DNA from: the human T2T-CHM13v2.0 reference genome, Homo sapiens
Direction: 5' to 3' (one strand)
DNA: 64,000 nucleotides
NCBI RefSeq assembly: GCF_009914755.1
Contig: NC_060928.1
Part shown: in pieces, positions 17,975-32,823 of the stretch
Position numbering within the stretch: the stretch's first letter is position 1
Layout of the letters: each line of letters starts with the position of its first letter
The notes under the pieces: generated by a model
The model's database searches: none
The model's input: only the letters and a program-made list of their open reading frames with translations
What the model was told of the DNA's origin: nothing
Made by a program: the position numbers and the translations under genes

Positions 17975-18354
17975 TATTACAAGCTAAATTTTGTGTTACC
18001 CTTTCCTCATTCGTATATTGAAGCCCTAACCCCCAATACCTCCAATGAAGATGTGGTCTTTAAAGAGGTGATTAAGTTAAATCAGGTTCTTAGGGTGGAC
18101 TCTAATGCAATATAACTGGCATCCTTATAAGAAAAGGTGATTAGGACACAGACCCACACACAGAGGGATGTCCACGTAAAGACACAAGAAGATGGCCATA
18201 TGCAAGCCAAGGAGAGAAGTCTCAGAGGAAACCAAAACTGCTGATACCTTGGTTTCTCAGCCGTAGCCTCTGGAGTTGTAAGAAAATACATTTCCATTGT
18301 TTTAGTCACCCAGTCTGTGGTATTTTGTTATGGCAGCCCTAGAAAACTAATATA
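17975..18354 (+). mobile_element. MaLR LTR MLT1B
   Basis: GAAGATGGCCATATGCAAGCCAAGGAGAGA...TGTTATGGCAGCCCTAGAAAACTAATATA. Confidence 0.88.
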
Positions 18355-18390
18355 CTGCCAATGTTTGTCTTTGAAATAGAAGTACAAGTC

Positions 18391-18630
18391 TACAATCCTT
18401 GTTTTCAAAACCCTTGGGATCTAGTGTAATTTGCAGTTATTTATTTATTTTTTGTATTTTGGAATGTGTCTTATTTATTATGTAAAACTCCATCAGTGGA
18501 CTGGGGTAATACCATGTAATCAAACTCATGAGGATTCTGCAGGGAAATGTATGACTACACACACTAAGGGGAAAATATACAATACAAATAGCTTCACATA
18601 AGCTCGGGTCAAGATTTGGTACCAAATAAC
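18391..18630 (+). mobile_element. MER46C-like Tigger-family fragment
   Basis: TACAATCCTTGTTTTCAAAACCCTTGGG...GTAATCAAAC...CACACTAAG...AAATAGCTTCAC resembles the recalled MER46C consensus. Confidence 0.6.
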
Positions 18631-18955
18631 TGGTCACAAACCAAGGCAGATAACCATGGATTGCCCTTCCACATTTTCTTTACCTCATTCCTGAAATAAA
18701 TATTAGAATTGGGTAGGACCCCTTGATAAGGAGAGGTTGTCTATTGAGTAAATTATTTTATAAGGTGAATGTTTAATGGCATTTTGGTTTATTTTTTAGA
18801 CTGCTTCTAAATGTCAAAATACCAGTCAGTACATCCTTGATATAGGCTACTTTGCTGATATGAAGCAATCTCAGTGATATGCCCCTCCTCCAAACCTGTG
18901 TATCTAGAAATACTAATACACCTTGACAAGGTGTACTCACCGAAACTTCAAGTGA

Positions 18956-19297
<342 letters not shown>

Positions 19298-19893
19298 TAG
19301 ACTCAACTGTTTGTGTCTAGTTATCTTTGGTTAATTGTGGACTATAAGTTTTATTGTGATTTGATTTTTTTTAATGTTTGCTACCCTTATATTCTGAACA
19401 TAAGACCAGAGATCAAGATTTCATGATAAGGCAGTAGGCATAGGATATTTAGTACCGACTGCCAGCATGTCTTGCCCAGTGAAAATACTTTCTTGTATTG
19501 ACCACACATAGTCATTCACTGAAAGGAAAAGGAGTATGCAGGTTCTCATGAAGCAACAAGAATTCTCACCCAGCTCAAGTTCCTTCCAATTACCTTGTTG
19601 ATATTGTAAATTGAGAGTGTAATTCTGACCATCAGGTTGCTGTCAGGGATTGTTTCTGGTAGGAGTTCCTGTGCACCATTGAAAACCCTGTGGATACAAA
19701 CTCATGGAGATAGGTCAGAGTGCAGAAGTATCAGTGATCAGCCCTCCAGGGGCGACCAATCTACATTCTTTGATTGTTTTCACTCCCCACAATAAGAATT
19801 CCAGCCTTGGGAGGAAAAATATATATACAATGATCTGTCTCTTGGGAGGGGTCTGTGTTTCTAAGACAACAGTGTTTTAAATTAAATGCAGAT

Positions 19894-20325
19894 TATCATA
19901 CGGGGTTTAACAGTCGCCCTCCTCTCAAACCTCACATCCACAGGAATCTCAATATGTGATCTCATTTGGAAATTGTGTCTTTGCATCTCTAGTTAATTAA
20001 GGTTATTTTAGATTAGAATGGATGACTGCTATCCTTATAAAAGGGCGATGTCAAGACCCACACACAATGAGGAGGACAGCACGTGATGACACAGACAGAA
20101 ATTAATCTGATTGAGCTACATGCCAAGGAAATCCAAGGATCGCTGGCAACCACCAGAAGCAAGAAGTGAGACAAAGAACAGGTTCTCCCTGAGTCCTCAG
20201 AAGGAAGCCACTCTGCCAACACCTTTGATTTCAGACTTCCAGCAGCCCGACCTGTGAAAGAAGACTTTGCTGTTGTTCTAAGCCATCCAGTTTGTGGAAT
20301 TTTGTTAGGGCAGCTCTAGAGAGCC
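19894..20325 (+). mobile_element. MaLR LTR MLT1C-like
   Basis: GCCAAGGAAATCCAAGGATCGCTGGCAACCACCAGAAGC...TTTGTTAGGGCAGC. Confidence 0.85.
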
Positions 20326-20338
20326 ATAAATAATTTCA

Positions 20339-20584
20339 TCCTACTCTATGGTAAGCACAGGGAAAAAAATGCTGAATGAATTTAAAGACATTAAAGTAAA
20401 AATTAAGGTAACCACTAAGGAATTATTGTCTATTAGGGGCTAAATTTTGTGTTACCGTTTCCTTATTCATATGTTGAAGTCCTAACCCCCAGTACCTTCA
20501 ATGTATTTGAAAGTGTGGTCTTCAAAGAGGTGATTAAGTTAAATGGGGTTCTTAGGGTGAACTCTAAAGCAGTATAACTGGTGT
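20339..20584 (+). repeat. Direct duplicate of 17883-18120 (unique flank plus MLT1B 5' part)
   Basis: Shares a perfect 37-nt run TAAAGACATTAAAGTAAAAATTAAGGTAACCACTAAG and is collinear over ~240 bp. Confidence 0.92.
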
Positions 20585-23500
20585 TGGAAGAAGTATTCCA
20601 ATCAATTTTCAACTAAAATATAGTGAAAGAGTCTTTGAGTCTTTATAGTTTCCAACAACGTTAGTTTATTAATAACTTTAGGACAATAAGAAAAATCTAG
20701 TCAATGAATTGTCCGCCTTCAGCTTTTGGGAGGAAAAATAAATAAATAAAAAAGTTCCTGGCTGTTATTTTCCCTGTACTCTTCACTGAGCAAAGTCTTG
20801 CCCTCATCTTAGTCTATTTCACTCTCTTGGTTCTCCCCTGGCCCACTAAATCCTGTTCTGCCTACCTTGGAGTTTTTTTATTTGTCTATCCAAAGATGCA
20901 TAGTTAAAACAAATTCCAAAGGTTTAAAATATTTTAAAAGTCAGGTATTATGTTGTCTACATGTAGATGAAAGAAGGAGGTGGAGTACGTTTAATTTAGT
21001 ATAACTGTCCCACGTGTTACTTGATCGATAAGGGAATTTTTACCAAAATAAGATTTTTTTTACAATAAATATAATATAAATGGCACTTTTTGCATTGAAC
21101 TTGACAAAAAAGTTCTACTTTCTTTTCAAAATATTTAGAGTTTATTTTATGAGAAATTTTTAATATAGCTTCAAAAATGCATTGAGGGCAAGAAGGCACT
21201 AGCCAACCCAAGGGCCTATTTTCTGTGAATAAATTTTCAACACAAATTATGTGTGAACCTCAACACTAACTTTATCCTTCAGTACAAGTAATACAAACAC
21301 AGTTTTCCTTATGAAGATGCATTTATTACTAACTTGTGATTCAGTGTCATTTCCATGGATATGTGCTTTCAATAATTCTAGAGAGAATTCAGAGAAATTT
21401 AAAAAAATATTTAGCAGTTTTTCACTTTAATTTTCAATTGATTATGAATTTGCCTCTGCCTTACAGCTGATGATTATTTAAAATAATATTCAAGAGTCAT
21501 ATGTACTGGATTTAAGAATTGTTTCCCATATTCAGGTTGTTGCACACACAAGCCAGCTTTCATTTACAAATGCCTTCTGACAAAGCACGCAAGATATTAA
21601 AACGAAATATTGTCAAGAAGATGGAGTTTTGTTTTTGCTTTTTTTGTTGTTTTTTAGTTTGTGTTATTTGTTTTTTAGGGAGGATCCCAGAGCATATACC
21701 TCTTACCTCTTAAACGATGTAATTGAATTTTCAAGGAGCCAAATTTCAGATGAGGATGTTGCTATGATCAATAAAACGTTATTAATCGTTCCTGATTCAA
21801 AGCCTTATTAAACACAGGAATCCTCCGGTGGTTTTGTGGATAGCGTTACCCTTTTGAGAGTTATGAGGCAGTGGCAGCTCCGTCCCTCTGGAGCCTTTCT
21901 TGGCGTCCCCATCCTCTGAATGTGTGAATGAAGCACAATAGGCATTTGCCGTAATAATCTTCTTAGGTAAAGCCCACTGGCATTTCAGTAAATCAAACCG
22001 CAAACAAATTGCTCCAGAAAATTTGTGATCCTTCTGCTGAATGCAGGTTTTCATTTAAAGTAGGAAAGCAGTAAATTCGCATCATGCAATTGATCCACAC
22101 TATGTTGGCTATTTCAACTGTACCTGTTACGAGTATAATTTAACTCTGCATGAACAGCATTTTGCCATGTTGTATATTACTAGTAACACAAAATTACAGT
22201 GTTGCTACATAAAAAGGAATATCCTGAAAAAGATAAACTTAGCAACACCTTCTATTTAAATTCCTGGCTTTAAACTAAAGTTTAGAAGCAGTCCCCACTT
22301 TCATAAGCAGGAACATGTGCTGGATAAGTATAAATGAAGGAAAAAAGGGACATATCAATTATACCAAGAACTATATCATGAGCCTTTTGTTCATTTGTGG
22401 ATCTCTGAGCTGCGGCATTGGAGCCAGCCCATAGTTCTGGTATCTAAATGTGTGGCATGGGTTTAGCCTTTGGCTTTGCCTCAGGAAAAATCCTTTAACA
22501 GCTAAATCTATATAAAAATTCATACCTTTCAATTATCCCTGCCTGAGAATGGCTTTGCAGCAAGGTGCCCAAGATCAGAACAAGGTTAATGCATTTAACA
22601 TTTTTCCAAAAAAATGGTTTTTAAGGATAGCTATGGGGAGGTGTCATGAGTTGCCTTCTTTTGACAGGCACGTCTCCAAGTAGCCTTCATATCTCAAACA
22701 CCTACAACAAAGAAAGGTGATAACGCTCAGATGGGAAGATGCAAGTATGTGCTCTAGAAGTAGACAGTCATGTCTTTTCTTCAGGAATTTTAATTGCAAA
22801 ATTGTAAGAAAATATTAAGACTACTGGTGATAAATTAGAGTTTCTGTTGTTTTGCCTTTTTATATGTAAGGATTTATGAAATTGAATTCTGAGAATAAAG
22901 CTGTGTTATATTATTATAATGGCATTTCTCTCTTGGAGCTGGGAGCTTAAGGAAATACTACACGGATAACAATAATATGCCAAATATTCACATTTTTGCA
23001 TAGCTTTAAATATATTTTTTTGTTTACAGTCTTTGGTAACATACATAAAACCTGTATTGTTCACAACATATACTCTGTATAAATAATAAAGCACAAGTTT
23101 GTGTGACAAAGACTTATAAGGGGAAACAAAGAGAAAACACCACGGGGTCCAATTTTAAACTTGCTGTTGGTGATAGTTAGAAGTCATTGAACATCTAGCA
23201 CAAGATATGAAGGTCACTGCATATAACCTAGAAATCTACTGCATCGTTGTTCTATGCTGTGAAGTAGAAATACTGAGAGAAACAAAATTATAAAACTTTG
23301 AAACTTTATGTCAACAGAGGAATGCTCTTTGTGCCTTAAACACAAATTTTTTTCTACCCTAACCCTAGGAAAATATCCAAATATTGAATGTTTCCAGGGC
23401 AGTTTGGGGCCAGTGTAAATGTAGTCTTAAAAGTAAAACAATAGCAACAACAAAAATAACAAAAGACCTTAGGCATGGCCACCTAAGTTTCCAATGTAGA

Positions 23501-24129
23501 ATCCAAAGCTGAGCAAGATTCACCAAGCCGTGTCCTCACCATCACTTTTGTAAACCAGAATGTAAATCAGGCAAGAAATTTACAACAGAGAAATCATTTA
23601 AATGTCTAGTTCTTGTAGTAAAAGATCTTATGGGAGTATGAGATCATCAGCTTAGTATGATCAGATTTGTTAATTATGTGTTGATTTTGTGTTTATTCAT
23701 TTTTTGCTCATTTCTTTATATCTCCTTATCTCTACTCTCCTAGTGATCACGTGAGTATTAATCAAAGTTTAGTATTAGTAACTGTTATAAATCATGTAAT
23801 CTTAATAATGACTAGGTGTAGAGCTAGGTATACCCTCTTTAAGTGTATCATTTTACATCCACAAATAATAAAATCCCAGAAATGTAAAATATCTACTCTA
23901 TAAAATTATTTTATCAAGAGACATGCTCCACTTTCACACAGTTCACAAAGCAAAGGTTTGGTTAAATGAGGTATTTAATATTAATCTTTTTAAACCGGTC
24001 ATGATATTCAACAAAGTGTATATTTTATACTATACCGAAAAACTGAAAATCTGACAAAAATTTTCCACTCTGGAAAGGATTATATATAAATACTTGAATA
24101 AAATTAAGAGCATATATGTGTGAAGTAGT

Positions 24130-24219
24130 TGTGTGTATGTGTGTGTGTGTGTATTGGGAGGATGTGTGTGTGTGTATTGGGAGGATGTGTGTGTGTGTGT
24201 ATGTGTGTGTGTGTATTGG
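24130..24219. repeat. Compound (TG)n repeat with ATTGGGAGGAT spacers
   Basis: (TG)n-ATTGGGAGGAT occurs twice, followed by (TG)n-ATTGG. Confidence 0.9.
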
Positions 24220-27200
24220 ACTAGCAATATGATGGCCCATGATCTTCTTCTAGTTGAATGACTTTGTATGAACATTTACTTTCCGTTTGGGTCATATTTT
24301 AAATCTAAGAAATGGGGACACCAACATGGGCCTTAGTGGCCTCACAAAGTCCTCATGATCTGAGGTATGTGAATGCACAGTGAAAATTATAAAGTGATTT
24401 ACAATTAATTAGCTGCTTTTAGAACCTGGTATTAAAAAGATAGATGGAGAGTATTAATGAAAAGAGAGAGGGAGAGTTAACCAAAACACTCCACCTGATT
24501 TAATTGTGTTTTTCACAATATTAAACTGGTCAGAGGTGGCAATCTCTGTCAATGGGTTGCTACCTAATAACAAATAAATTATCTAGCTGGTTTTTCCCCT
24601 AAATTGACTGAAAAGATGAGTTGTTTTGGCAATATGTAAACACAGCCAGAGAGAAATTTAACCTTCCCTAACCTCCATTATCTATCTGAATTTGAAACCA
24701 AATGCAGATGGAGAACTCATTATTGTAGTGACAACCTCGGTTGTAATTAAAAAACATGGGATCTATCGCTAAAAGAGGAATATAGCAAAGGGCAAGGAAA
24801 GGTCTGGCCCTTTTCATGCATTATCTCCAGGCTTCTTACCACGAAAATGTCTCAGCTGTTTGGAGCAGATATATTGACCTATGACTGACTAGCTAATACA
24901 ACTATGACAGAAATTTTTAAGTGCTATTAATTAGCCACTGGAGTACAATAGTCAAAAGGTGAACACTGGAATGCCAGGATATCTGTGGCTTCCTCTTACA
25001 AAACTGCATCAACTTCAGCGTGCTCTGTTAATGGATACGTTTGCACCAATGCAATATGACTGCATTAAATCCATGGTGCCACCTTTTTGTTTGGTTTTGT
25101 TTGCTTTTTGCTGCTTGAATGTATCTACTGAGCTGACATTCAAATAATAGAGGCTTTATATCTCATTTTGTTGCCCAGCTGATTAGCCAAAATCTCATCC
25201 CTTTCACTTATATTTTCTTGGTGCTGAATGACAATTTCAGACTGGGCATCAGAGTTTTTAGTAGAAGGATGCGGTGGAGTACGTTTTATAACAGATAACC
25301 TGGATACAAAAACAAACACCAAGTGAAAAAATATTTTTTAAAAACTGTTAGGTTTATTTTGAAATAAAAACTAGGACAGAATACAGACATAAAGGAAAAC
25401 AGTAAAATCAACAGAAAAATAAACTCTATTGTACTGAATTTCTCTATCTTGCAGTCTTTGCTCTATCAGATTCAAAATCCCCCAAATAAGTAATTTTTTA
25501 ACAGTATATGCTACAGGTCCCCTATAATATCAAATCCTCTAATTTATCTGCTTTGTTTACACAGGACATATCATTTGTATCTACTTAAAACTTGTAAGCA
25601 ACAGTCATAGAAATTAATTACATTCCCTCGCTCTTAAAATGACATTTTAAATTCACCTTTGTACAAGTTGGATTTTGGTGCAATGTGGACACTATCTTAT
25701 GCCTCATCTTCATATGCTTCTCATTTTCCCTGTTGAATGGTAATTCCAGGATCCAGATGCCAAACTGCGAAAATATTCTTCCAGCAGCAGCATATGGTTC
25801 CTTGGCAAGCTTATCTAGCATCTGTACAAAAAGCTTATAGTTTCCTCTGGGTATGTAATAGTTCTGCTTGCTAAGAGGCTATTTGTGCAGTCTTTTTCTC
25901 ACAGACACCATTTCTCTTGACAAACCTTTGGTTCTAAGCAAATTTTGTACATTTTTTGTCCATTTGAGAATCAATGATATACATAAGCTTGCTTTATAAC
26001 CAGGTAGCTATCCAAATATTCTCACTCTATGACCAGGGGGTGTATCTGGCACTGACACAAATTGGTTTAAATATAATAAGAGTTTATTTAGCTACCTTGA
26101 TAAGCAACATTTTGATACTAATAAAATATGAAGACTATCTACATTTTGGTAGCTATTTGCAATGATTATCAAGGTCAAGAGGAAGAGCATTTGAAATGAA
26201 AGCTGCACAAGGTAGCAATATTTGAAAGCGTATACTGGTGCTCAGCATTCACACTGTTGTAAATGGTTTGTGTGATGTGTAGTTACTCATATGTAACTTT
26301 TCCCTCACTGGAAATTCAGCTTCTGCACAGCTGTTCACAGGGATCCCCTGGTGGCATATAGTACCAGTTTCTGCAGCACTATTACTGTGGGGAACAGTTT
26401 CATTGGTCACCATTGTATCTAAGTACTAAAAACAACTGTTCTGCTAGAATTAGAGATTGTTTTATACTGAAGAATTTATCAGTTAACTTACGGCAGATTA
26501 AAAACCAAATCTTTTGTGGCTTCTTATAGTCTTCATATCCTATTACTCTTAAGTTCTGGGGTATCTTCTAGGAAAAAAGTGACAAAATTTGCGAAAAGAA
26601 AATATCTTCCAACAAGATTCATTTTCCCTGTTGAAAAGCTAAGGCACAGCAAAATGTATCAAAACATATCAATATCTAAGCCCTTATACTACGTATGTGG
26701 CGTTTCTGGAAACTAGCATTCTTGGTAGTCCGTGTCTTCATTGCATAGTATTTTTAAGACTGTCTCCTAAAATGGGGCATCAGGAATAGAGAAGTGAAGC
26801 ATATTATTATGTATATGATCTCCTCATGGATGATTACATGATCTGAGATTTCTGGCTAACATTTTAATGAACTTGAGAGAAAAGTAAAAGGAGATTGATT
26901 GATAGATAAAGCTATATTAAAAGATGCCATGCACATGTATCTTGAATACTTTTAAAACAGAATAGTATTACTGACACAATATTTTACAGAGATCATTCAA
27001 AATAAGTGAAGAATTCCTTAGTCAGGCAAGCAGAAATGAATTTAAACAAAGTTAAACAGGTTTATTTACTGGAGGACATCCTACGGCCTCCAGGATACTG
27101 ATGTGCATTTACCTAAAGGAGGATATGTTCCACTCACACCCTTAAAATTGGACTTTTTCTTTTTTAGCAATTTTACTGGAATGATGTTGTACAAAATGCA

Positions 27201-28261
27201 TTTTGAAAAGGTCTAAATCTGCATTTTAAAAATAAATTATACAATATGATTATGTCGGCAGCTTTAAAAACTCCAAAATAAGAGATCTATGACAAAATGC
27301 ACTTAATACAAATAATATGGGAGAATCCTTATGTAAATGTAGCATATTAAAGAATTTTAGAAACCTTAGAGTAAAAAACAACTCTAATGATACGAGGGCA
27401 CTATGGTGAACTAGATGATTGATGTCAAAAATTTACACCTTCCAGTTCCAAAGATAGATACATACTGGGTACTATGAAACAAAGACGTTGTTTAATATGT
27501 AAAATAACTGAAAGAGAAGAGAAGGAAATCCCAATATGTGGATGTGAGCATTAAGCACCTAAAAGAGATGGGAAAAAAATAGTCCACGGGGGTTTGCAAA
27601 GCCAGATATGGGTAGAAGTGGATATTTTAGCTGATTTAATTTTTGTTTTTTATTATTAGTTTATTTCAGCTTTCAAATTATTCTTGAGTAAAATTTTACT
27701 AATGCATAATTTTCTTTTAAATATTGTCTATTTATATTCGAGTTTGCACATTCATTAGTACAAATTTATTCAAATATTCAATTTTGATGTTTTAAAATCT
27801 ACATTAGGATGAATAATTTGGAGACAGTATAAATTCACTGAAAAACTTTGAATGGGCTTGGCAAAAATGTCCTGGTTCTAAAGATTAACTCTGAGAAAAT
27901 AGGCAATTGAAACATGTCCTCAAACTGTAGCGACAATTTGAAATAGTATTTCAGAAGGGTTGGACTGGTAAGAAGAAGTTGAGACATCATTTTCTATCTT
28001 ATAGTTTAGGGATTAAAAGTCAGAGAAAACTGGAATTGTACTTAAGGAATTAGGAGCAAGGGAGGGAAAATTTCTCAGAGTTTTAGTTCTTGTGACTAGG
28101 CCTAGTGGAGCCAAAACGTACTAGGTAGGGCTCTAATCTAAACTTATCTGAATCCTTCGTGGTGACCAAAGTATAACCAATATCCAGCCTGATAGGCAGG
28201 GAAGTTGGCAAGGGTGGAGAAGGAGATCACAGACCGAGACCGGCTACCAGCGGCAATATTG

Positions 28262-28506
28262 TGCCAAAGAGCATGTGAACTAGAGTAAAATTTTGGTTTC
28301 AAATCTCAGCCCCTGCGTGCATACACACATCTGTGGGACCTTAATCAAGTGTGTCTTCCTTTCTAAATTTGAGTTCAGGCTTCATAAAATGGAGATAATA
28401 ATTCAGCCTTGTGAGGTTGTTGTAAAGAGTAAATTAGATGATGCATGTGAAGTTCTTGTCAAGGACATAGAAAATGTTAAATAAGTATGAAGATTATTGT
28501 TATTAT
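28262..28506 (+). mobile_element. MIR SINE
   Basis: Core-like CATAAAATGGAGATAATAAT...GAGGTTGTTGTAAAGAGTAAATTAGATGATGCATGTGAAG. Confidence 0.7.
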
Positions 28507-29046
28507 TAGCATTATTTGTAGTCTGAAAACCACCTAATGCTAGCTCTCAGCAACTGAGGGCACAGTAGAGAAAGAAGCAGCAATGGATTCTATTAATACA
28601 TGTTGTAATACTGCAACATTTGGTTTCTATAAATGAACCCAATTTCAATAAACCTAGGAAGACATAGGTTCAAGAAAAAAAGAAAGGAAGCAATGCAGAT
28701 GACTTTTCCTTTATGCCCTGAGTGGCCCAAGATATGCCAACATTGAGGCCAATAAAAAAACTGTGCCTAATGATTTTGAAGGAAATTAAAAAAAAAAAAA
28801 GGATTTAAAAATTTTTGGCTCAAAGCATCAAAATCAAAATCTTTAGGATAATTTGCGATAATAACTTATTTCCATTTCATCATGATTTCATCTACAAAAG
28901 GAAAAGGCAGTCTGCCAAATAAAATATAATGATTTCTCAGGCTATTGTTTGTTAGTACTTAAGTGGTATAAAATTCCAATATCATAGATGGATAATTGAT
29001 AATAGATATGTAGATAATAACAAAAATGCCTAGCTGTGTAGGCAAC

Positions 29047-29405
29047 TGTATTACTCTGTTCTCACACTGCTAATAAAGACATACCTGAGACTGGGTAATT
29101 TATAAAGGAAAGAGGTTTAATTGACTCATGGTTCCACATGGCTAGGGGGTGCCTCACAGTCATGGCAGAAGGCAAAAGAAGAGCAAAGTCATGTCTTACA
29201 TGGCAGCAGGCAAGAGAGAGCTTGTGCAGGGGAACTCCCATTTATAAAACCATCAGATCTCTTGAGACTATTCAATACCATGAGAAAAAGTATGGGGAAA
29301 ATTGCCTCCATAATCCAATTATTTCCACTGGGCCCCACCCTAGACACATGAGAATTATTATACTTCAAGGTGAGATTTGGGTGGGGACACAGCCAAACCA
29401 ATTCA
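29047..29405 (-). mobile_element. THE1 (THE1C-like) solo LTR
   Basis: TGTATTA...AACCAATTCA termini with a perfect 5-bp TSD GCAAC (29042-29046 / 29406-29410). Confidence 0.95.
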
Positions 29406-30002
29406 GCAACCAATAGTTTGGACAATCAGGCTCAATAAGCATATATCTCTTTGTTAATTCATCCTCACTCTTGAGGCAGACACTGTGCTGTTTAATTCTT
29501 TAGTTTGCCCAGATTACCCACGAGGGATGAGAGTAGAGACTCTTGGTTGTCAACCTAATATTCACTGCCTTTTTCTTCTAGCCCAATGATTAATGATAAT
29601 AATAATAATAATGATAATAATTAACTACTATTCAGTTATTCTTTGTCATTTTGTCCATATACTTCAGTATGCCTAGCTCCATTCTCAGTGGTGTAGATTC
29701 TGAATATTCAATAAGGTCTAATCATTTCACAATATAATTTATATTAATTTACTGTTTGCTGTCTAAAGAGGCAAGCTTATGATCATTCTACTTCAGTTTT
29801 CAAAATTTTAAAAATGTTGGTCATATCTACCTTCTGAACCTTCATTTGTTTTTTTTCTGTTTCTTTTAGTTTATTTTTATTCCAGATTCTCTTTTATTTT
29901 TCATTTGCCTTTGACTGGTTTCATTTTCTGGATCTGTGAGAACTTTTTGAGAAAGACTAACCTGTATTGTGCAGTACTGATAAGTGGTTGTGTTTTGTTT
30001 AA

Positions 30003-30455
<453 letters not shown>

Positions 30456-31570
30456 CACTACAGTTTGCAACAGGCAGAATTTTAGTATTATTTATCTTTC
30501 TAGTTTTATTCCCAAGATATCTGGTATTTATTGGTCTTTTAAGGCAAAAAAAAATCTATTAATATTTGGCTATGATAGACTGGCAACAGTTCTTGGAATC
30601 ACAGATTATTTTTGTAAGTTGTAAATTTTAGCTTAATATACATAACTTCAGAAATGTGTTTTATGGAATTTCTGGCCCTTGGACAATTCGAATAAGAATT
30701 ATCAGGGTGATTGTAAGACGTGTAGATGTTTAGCTGTATCCCAAGTCAATTATAACAGAAATGTCTGTACAATCTATTTTCTCCCTGGTGAAGCTCAACA
30801 ATATGCAAGTTTATTAATAGTACCAGATAATTCTTAAGCAAATTAAAATGTGATCATTTTACTACTTTATTTACTTTCACTATTTACTATTTATTTACTT
30901 CACTGTTTTATTACTATGTATTTCAACAGTCCATATTCTACTATTAAACATACGATTAACCCAACAAACTTCTCCCCATAATATTGTTTCACCCATAAGT
31001 TTGAAAGGGGGACATTGAAGCTTGGAGTAAAATAACCTGGATCCAGATCCAAGCCTTGGCAGGTGAAGCTCCTTGGGTAGGGCCTACGATTAGAGGTTCT
31101 CTCATTTGAAACTTGGGTTAATGCTCAATTTAGTTAGCTGGTCAGCTTTTCTCTTCTTTGTTAGAATTCCATTTTGTAGTTACCCCAACCTATAGCAAAA
31201 TATTTACCTAACCCTTTATATCCTGGAGTTGTAATCTGAGTTTGACTGATGGGATTGGGTATGAAGGGGAAGGGAGACAGTTCTCTTTTTATCTCTTTGG
31301 CTCCAGTGGGAATGAACTTCAGTCTATCTGGGTTGAAGACTGAGTCTCTGATAGTGACTTAAGTTCAGAAGAAAGCTCCATATAGAAATTATGACATTGA
31401 CAGATTTGTGAGAGATATATACCAAATCTACTTCTTACCCTTACAAATAAGAAAGAAACAAGGCAAGATATATATACTCGGAATAAATATTGAATTAAGT
31501 ACACGTGCAGCAAAGTGTTCTATCCAGACGGTTTAACTTGTTAGATTGCTCTATTCATAAGAATTAAATG

Positions 31571-32823
31571 CAAGGGAACTTCAAAGAGTTCATGGAAAAT
31601 GTAATTAAAATAAAATACATAAACTTTATTTCTCAATACAAGCTCCGTCAAGTTTAAGACGCTTTTGTAAGTGATGTTGCCAGACATTTATCCCATCCCT
31701 AGAGAGCCAAGAGTCCTGGGAATGTAGCCATGTCAATGTAGTCATTTTAATATTATTAACTGAAGCAAAATGGGTGCACTTTAGGAAACAGAAGAAGTCA
31801 TAAGGAGCCAAATCAAGGCTATTAGACAGGTGCCTAATGATTTCCCATTGAAATTCATAAAAATTGCTCATGTTGGATGCAAGAAAGGAGCAGGAGCATT
31901 GTCCTGGTGGAAAATGTCCCGGGCGTTTTTCTGCTGAAGCTTTGGCTAACTTTCTCAAAACACACTCATGATAAACACGTTATCATTCTTTGGCCCTTCA
32001 AAATATCAACAAGCAAAATGTATTGATAACCCCCCCAAAAAAAAACTGTTGCCGTGAACTTTGCTCTTGACCGGTCTGTTTTTGCTTTGACTGGAACTTT
32101 TTGGTAGTCATTGCTTTGATTGTGTTTTGCCTTCAGGATCGTACTGGTAAAACCATGTTTCATCTCCTGTTATAATTCTTCAAAGAAATGCTTCAAGCTT
32201 GCTTAAATTTCCATTGAAATCTCTGCTTTTGTCTGCAGCTTATCTGTGGTGCAATGGTTTTAGTACCCACAGAGTAGAAGGTTTGCTCACCTTTTATTTT
32301 TCTCACCTTTCATGTCAGATTTGTGTAAGCTGAGCCACTTGGGATGTCTATGGTGTCAGCTGTTGTTTCTGCTAGTAATCGTGGGTCCTCTTCAATTAGG
32401 GCATGAACAAGATGATTTTTTTTTTTTCTCACACATTGATGTGGTTAATCTACTATTGTGGGTTTCATCTTCAACGGTCTTGTCCCTTTTTAAAATGAGT
32501 TATCCATTTCTGAACTGCTCATTTCTTTGGGGCATTATCCCAATACACTTTTTGTAAAGTATCAACGATTTCATCATTTTTTTCACCTAAGCTTACCATA
32601 AACATGATGTTCGTTCTGCTTTAATTTTGGCAGAACTCATGTTACTCTGACAAGGGCTCTTTCTGAACTTATGGCTTATCAATCTTAGCACCTCAACCTG
32701 GACCCTATTGAGACCTGTTATAGCAAGTTAGTATGAACTTATTTTAGTATAAAATATTGTTGAAATTCATGCATAGATTTTTCATAATACACATCTTCCA
32801 TGAACATTTTGAAAGGTTCCTTG
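31571..32823 (-). mobile_element. Near-full-length HSMAR2 mariner, decayed transposase
   Basis: TIRs CAAGGGAACTTCAAAGAGTTCATGGAAAATG and CATCTTCCATGAACATTTTGAAAGGTTCCTTG|TA; minus-strand ORF has HLSNSLDLAPYDFF, a degenerate mariner HPPYSPDLAPSDF motif. Confidence 0.92.

Noticed and set aside
24130-24219. Repeat-spacer appearance reminiscent of CRISPR
   Set aside because: Eukaryotic simple repeat; the 'spacers' are TG runs, and no cas genes are present
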